Assembly (NCBI GenBank): GCA_043821365.1
Contig: JBDRCX010000003.1
Location: 20,175 to 84,174 of the forward strand
Length of the DNA stretch: 64,000 nucleotides
DNA from: Candidatus Micrarchaeota archaeon
GTDB taxonomy: Archaea > Micrarchaeota > Micrarchaeia > Anstonellales > Bilamarchaeaceae
Direction: 5' to 3'
The notes beneath the pieces were generated by a model that was given only the letters and a program-made list of their open reading frames with translations, was not told the DNA's origin and did not search any database. This document shows, piece by piece, positions 63,265 through 64,000 of this stretch (within the stretch, counting starts at the first letter, position 1; each line of letters starts with the position of its first letter). Both the position numbers and the translations under genes were made by a program.

Positions 63265-64000
63265 TTAGTATTTCTTTGATTTTTTGTGCTGATGGCTAGG
63301 TTTTCTAGTGTAAGTTCTTCTTCTTGTGGTTGGCACATCTGAACTTCTTTTGTATGGGTCATGTCCCTGTCTCATCCATGCAAAATCAGGATGGCTCTCA
63401 TCCATTCTTTCATCTAATGTTTGTTTTCTTTTTACAAAATTAATTGCTTTGCCTTCCTGTCCCATCCTTCCAGTTCTACCTATTCTGTGTAGGTGAACTT
63501 CTTCATTTTGTGCTTTATCATAATTAACAATCAATCCAAGATTGTCAATATGCAGTCCACGTGCAGCAACATTTGTGGCAACCAAAACATCTATTCTACC
63601 TTCTTTGAAGTCCTGTATTGTTTTGTTTCTCCTTGATTGGGACATATCTCCTTGCAATGCTCCTGATTTTATTCCCCTTCTCCAAAGTCTTTCCTGGAGT
63701 TTCGCAGTGCCCATTTTCGTTTCTCTAAAAATCAGTGTTTTCACTCCCTTATGTGAGCTTAATATGTCAATTAGTTTTGAGAACTTATCAATATCAGTTA
63801 TCTCAACATGTTCTTCCTTTATTGTGTCTGCAGCTTTTATCTCGCCAATCTCTATGATTTTTGGTTTTTTGACATATTTTGCTGCGATACGCATAATGCT
63901 ATCATCTAATGTTGCTGATAATAGCATACTAAGTCTTTGTTGAGGTAATTGATCCAGAATTTCAGTAACTTCGTCTAAAAATCCCATATCAAGCATTTGG
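63265..64000 (-). CDS. DEAD-box RNA helicase, N-terminal part outside the window
   Basis: MLDMGF (just after the DEAD box), LSAT, ARGLHI and HRIGRTGR motifs; basic C-terminal tail. The frame stays open to the window edge. Confidence 0.9.
   Translation of the reverse strand, partial: QMLDMGFLDEVTEILDQLPQQRLSMLLSATLDDSIMRIAAKYVKKPKIIEIGEIKAADTIKEEHVEITDIDKFSKLIDILSSHKGVKTLIFRETKMGTAKLQERLWRRGIKSGALQGDMSQSRRNKTIQDFKEGRIDVLVATNVAARGLHIDNLGLIVNYDKAQNEEVHLHRIGRTGRMGQEGKAINFVKRKQTLDERMDESHPDFAWMRQGHDPYKRSSDVPTTRRRTYTRKPSHQHKKSKKY

Overview
AT-rich (by eye about one-third G+C), very gene-dense archaeal chromosome segment. Archaeal hallmarks: aRF1, Orc1/Cdc6, ABCE1, ribosomal proteins S12/S7/L11/L40e, the RNase P protein Rpr2, a class III signal-peptide pilin, and two tRNAs with anticodon-loop introns. 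Surface proteins have a C-terminal TM anchor with a basic tail. I support about 65 protein genes, mostly housekeeping and central metabolism. These include a complete 2-oxoacid dehydrogenase operon (E1a-E1b-E2-E3) followed by Taw1, tdh/kbl, glnA, cysK, glmS, purE, a beta-carbonic anhydrase, type-2 IPP isomerase, GGPP synthase, ATP-type PEPCK and ilvE. There are three tRNAs: Leu-UAG, Ile-GAU and Lys-UUU. I saw no rRNA, CRISPR array, transposase, integrase or reverse transcriptase. The non-routine signals are mostly non-coding G+C-enriched, hairpin-dense islands. The largest (54735-55102) is about 370 nt, closed by an exact 9-bp long-range helix, and carries hairpin modules nearly identical to those in the two tRNA introns; this is my best candidate for something undescribed, but it has no functional assignment. 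Another island (38100-38358) is a structured RNA of about 250 nt, possibly a reduced RNase P RNA. Smaller islands lie at 3527-3628, 6553-6692, 39520-39730 and 41703-41795. Three loci look compositionally foreign: 1-3076, 22906-24096 and 33169-34788. They encode an odd dehydrogenase plus 666-aa aminotransferase pair, an internally duplicated beta-CA-like protein, and a long RelA/SpoT homologue, which is rare in archaea. cysK has a start-region frameshift in an A5 run and a duplicated leader with a three-element hairpin switch. All functional calls come from motif recognition by eye; no database search or computation was run.
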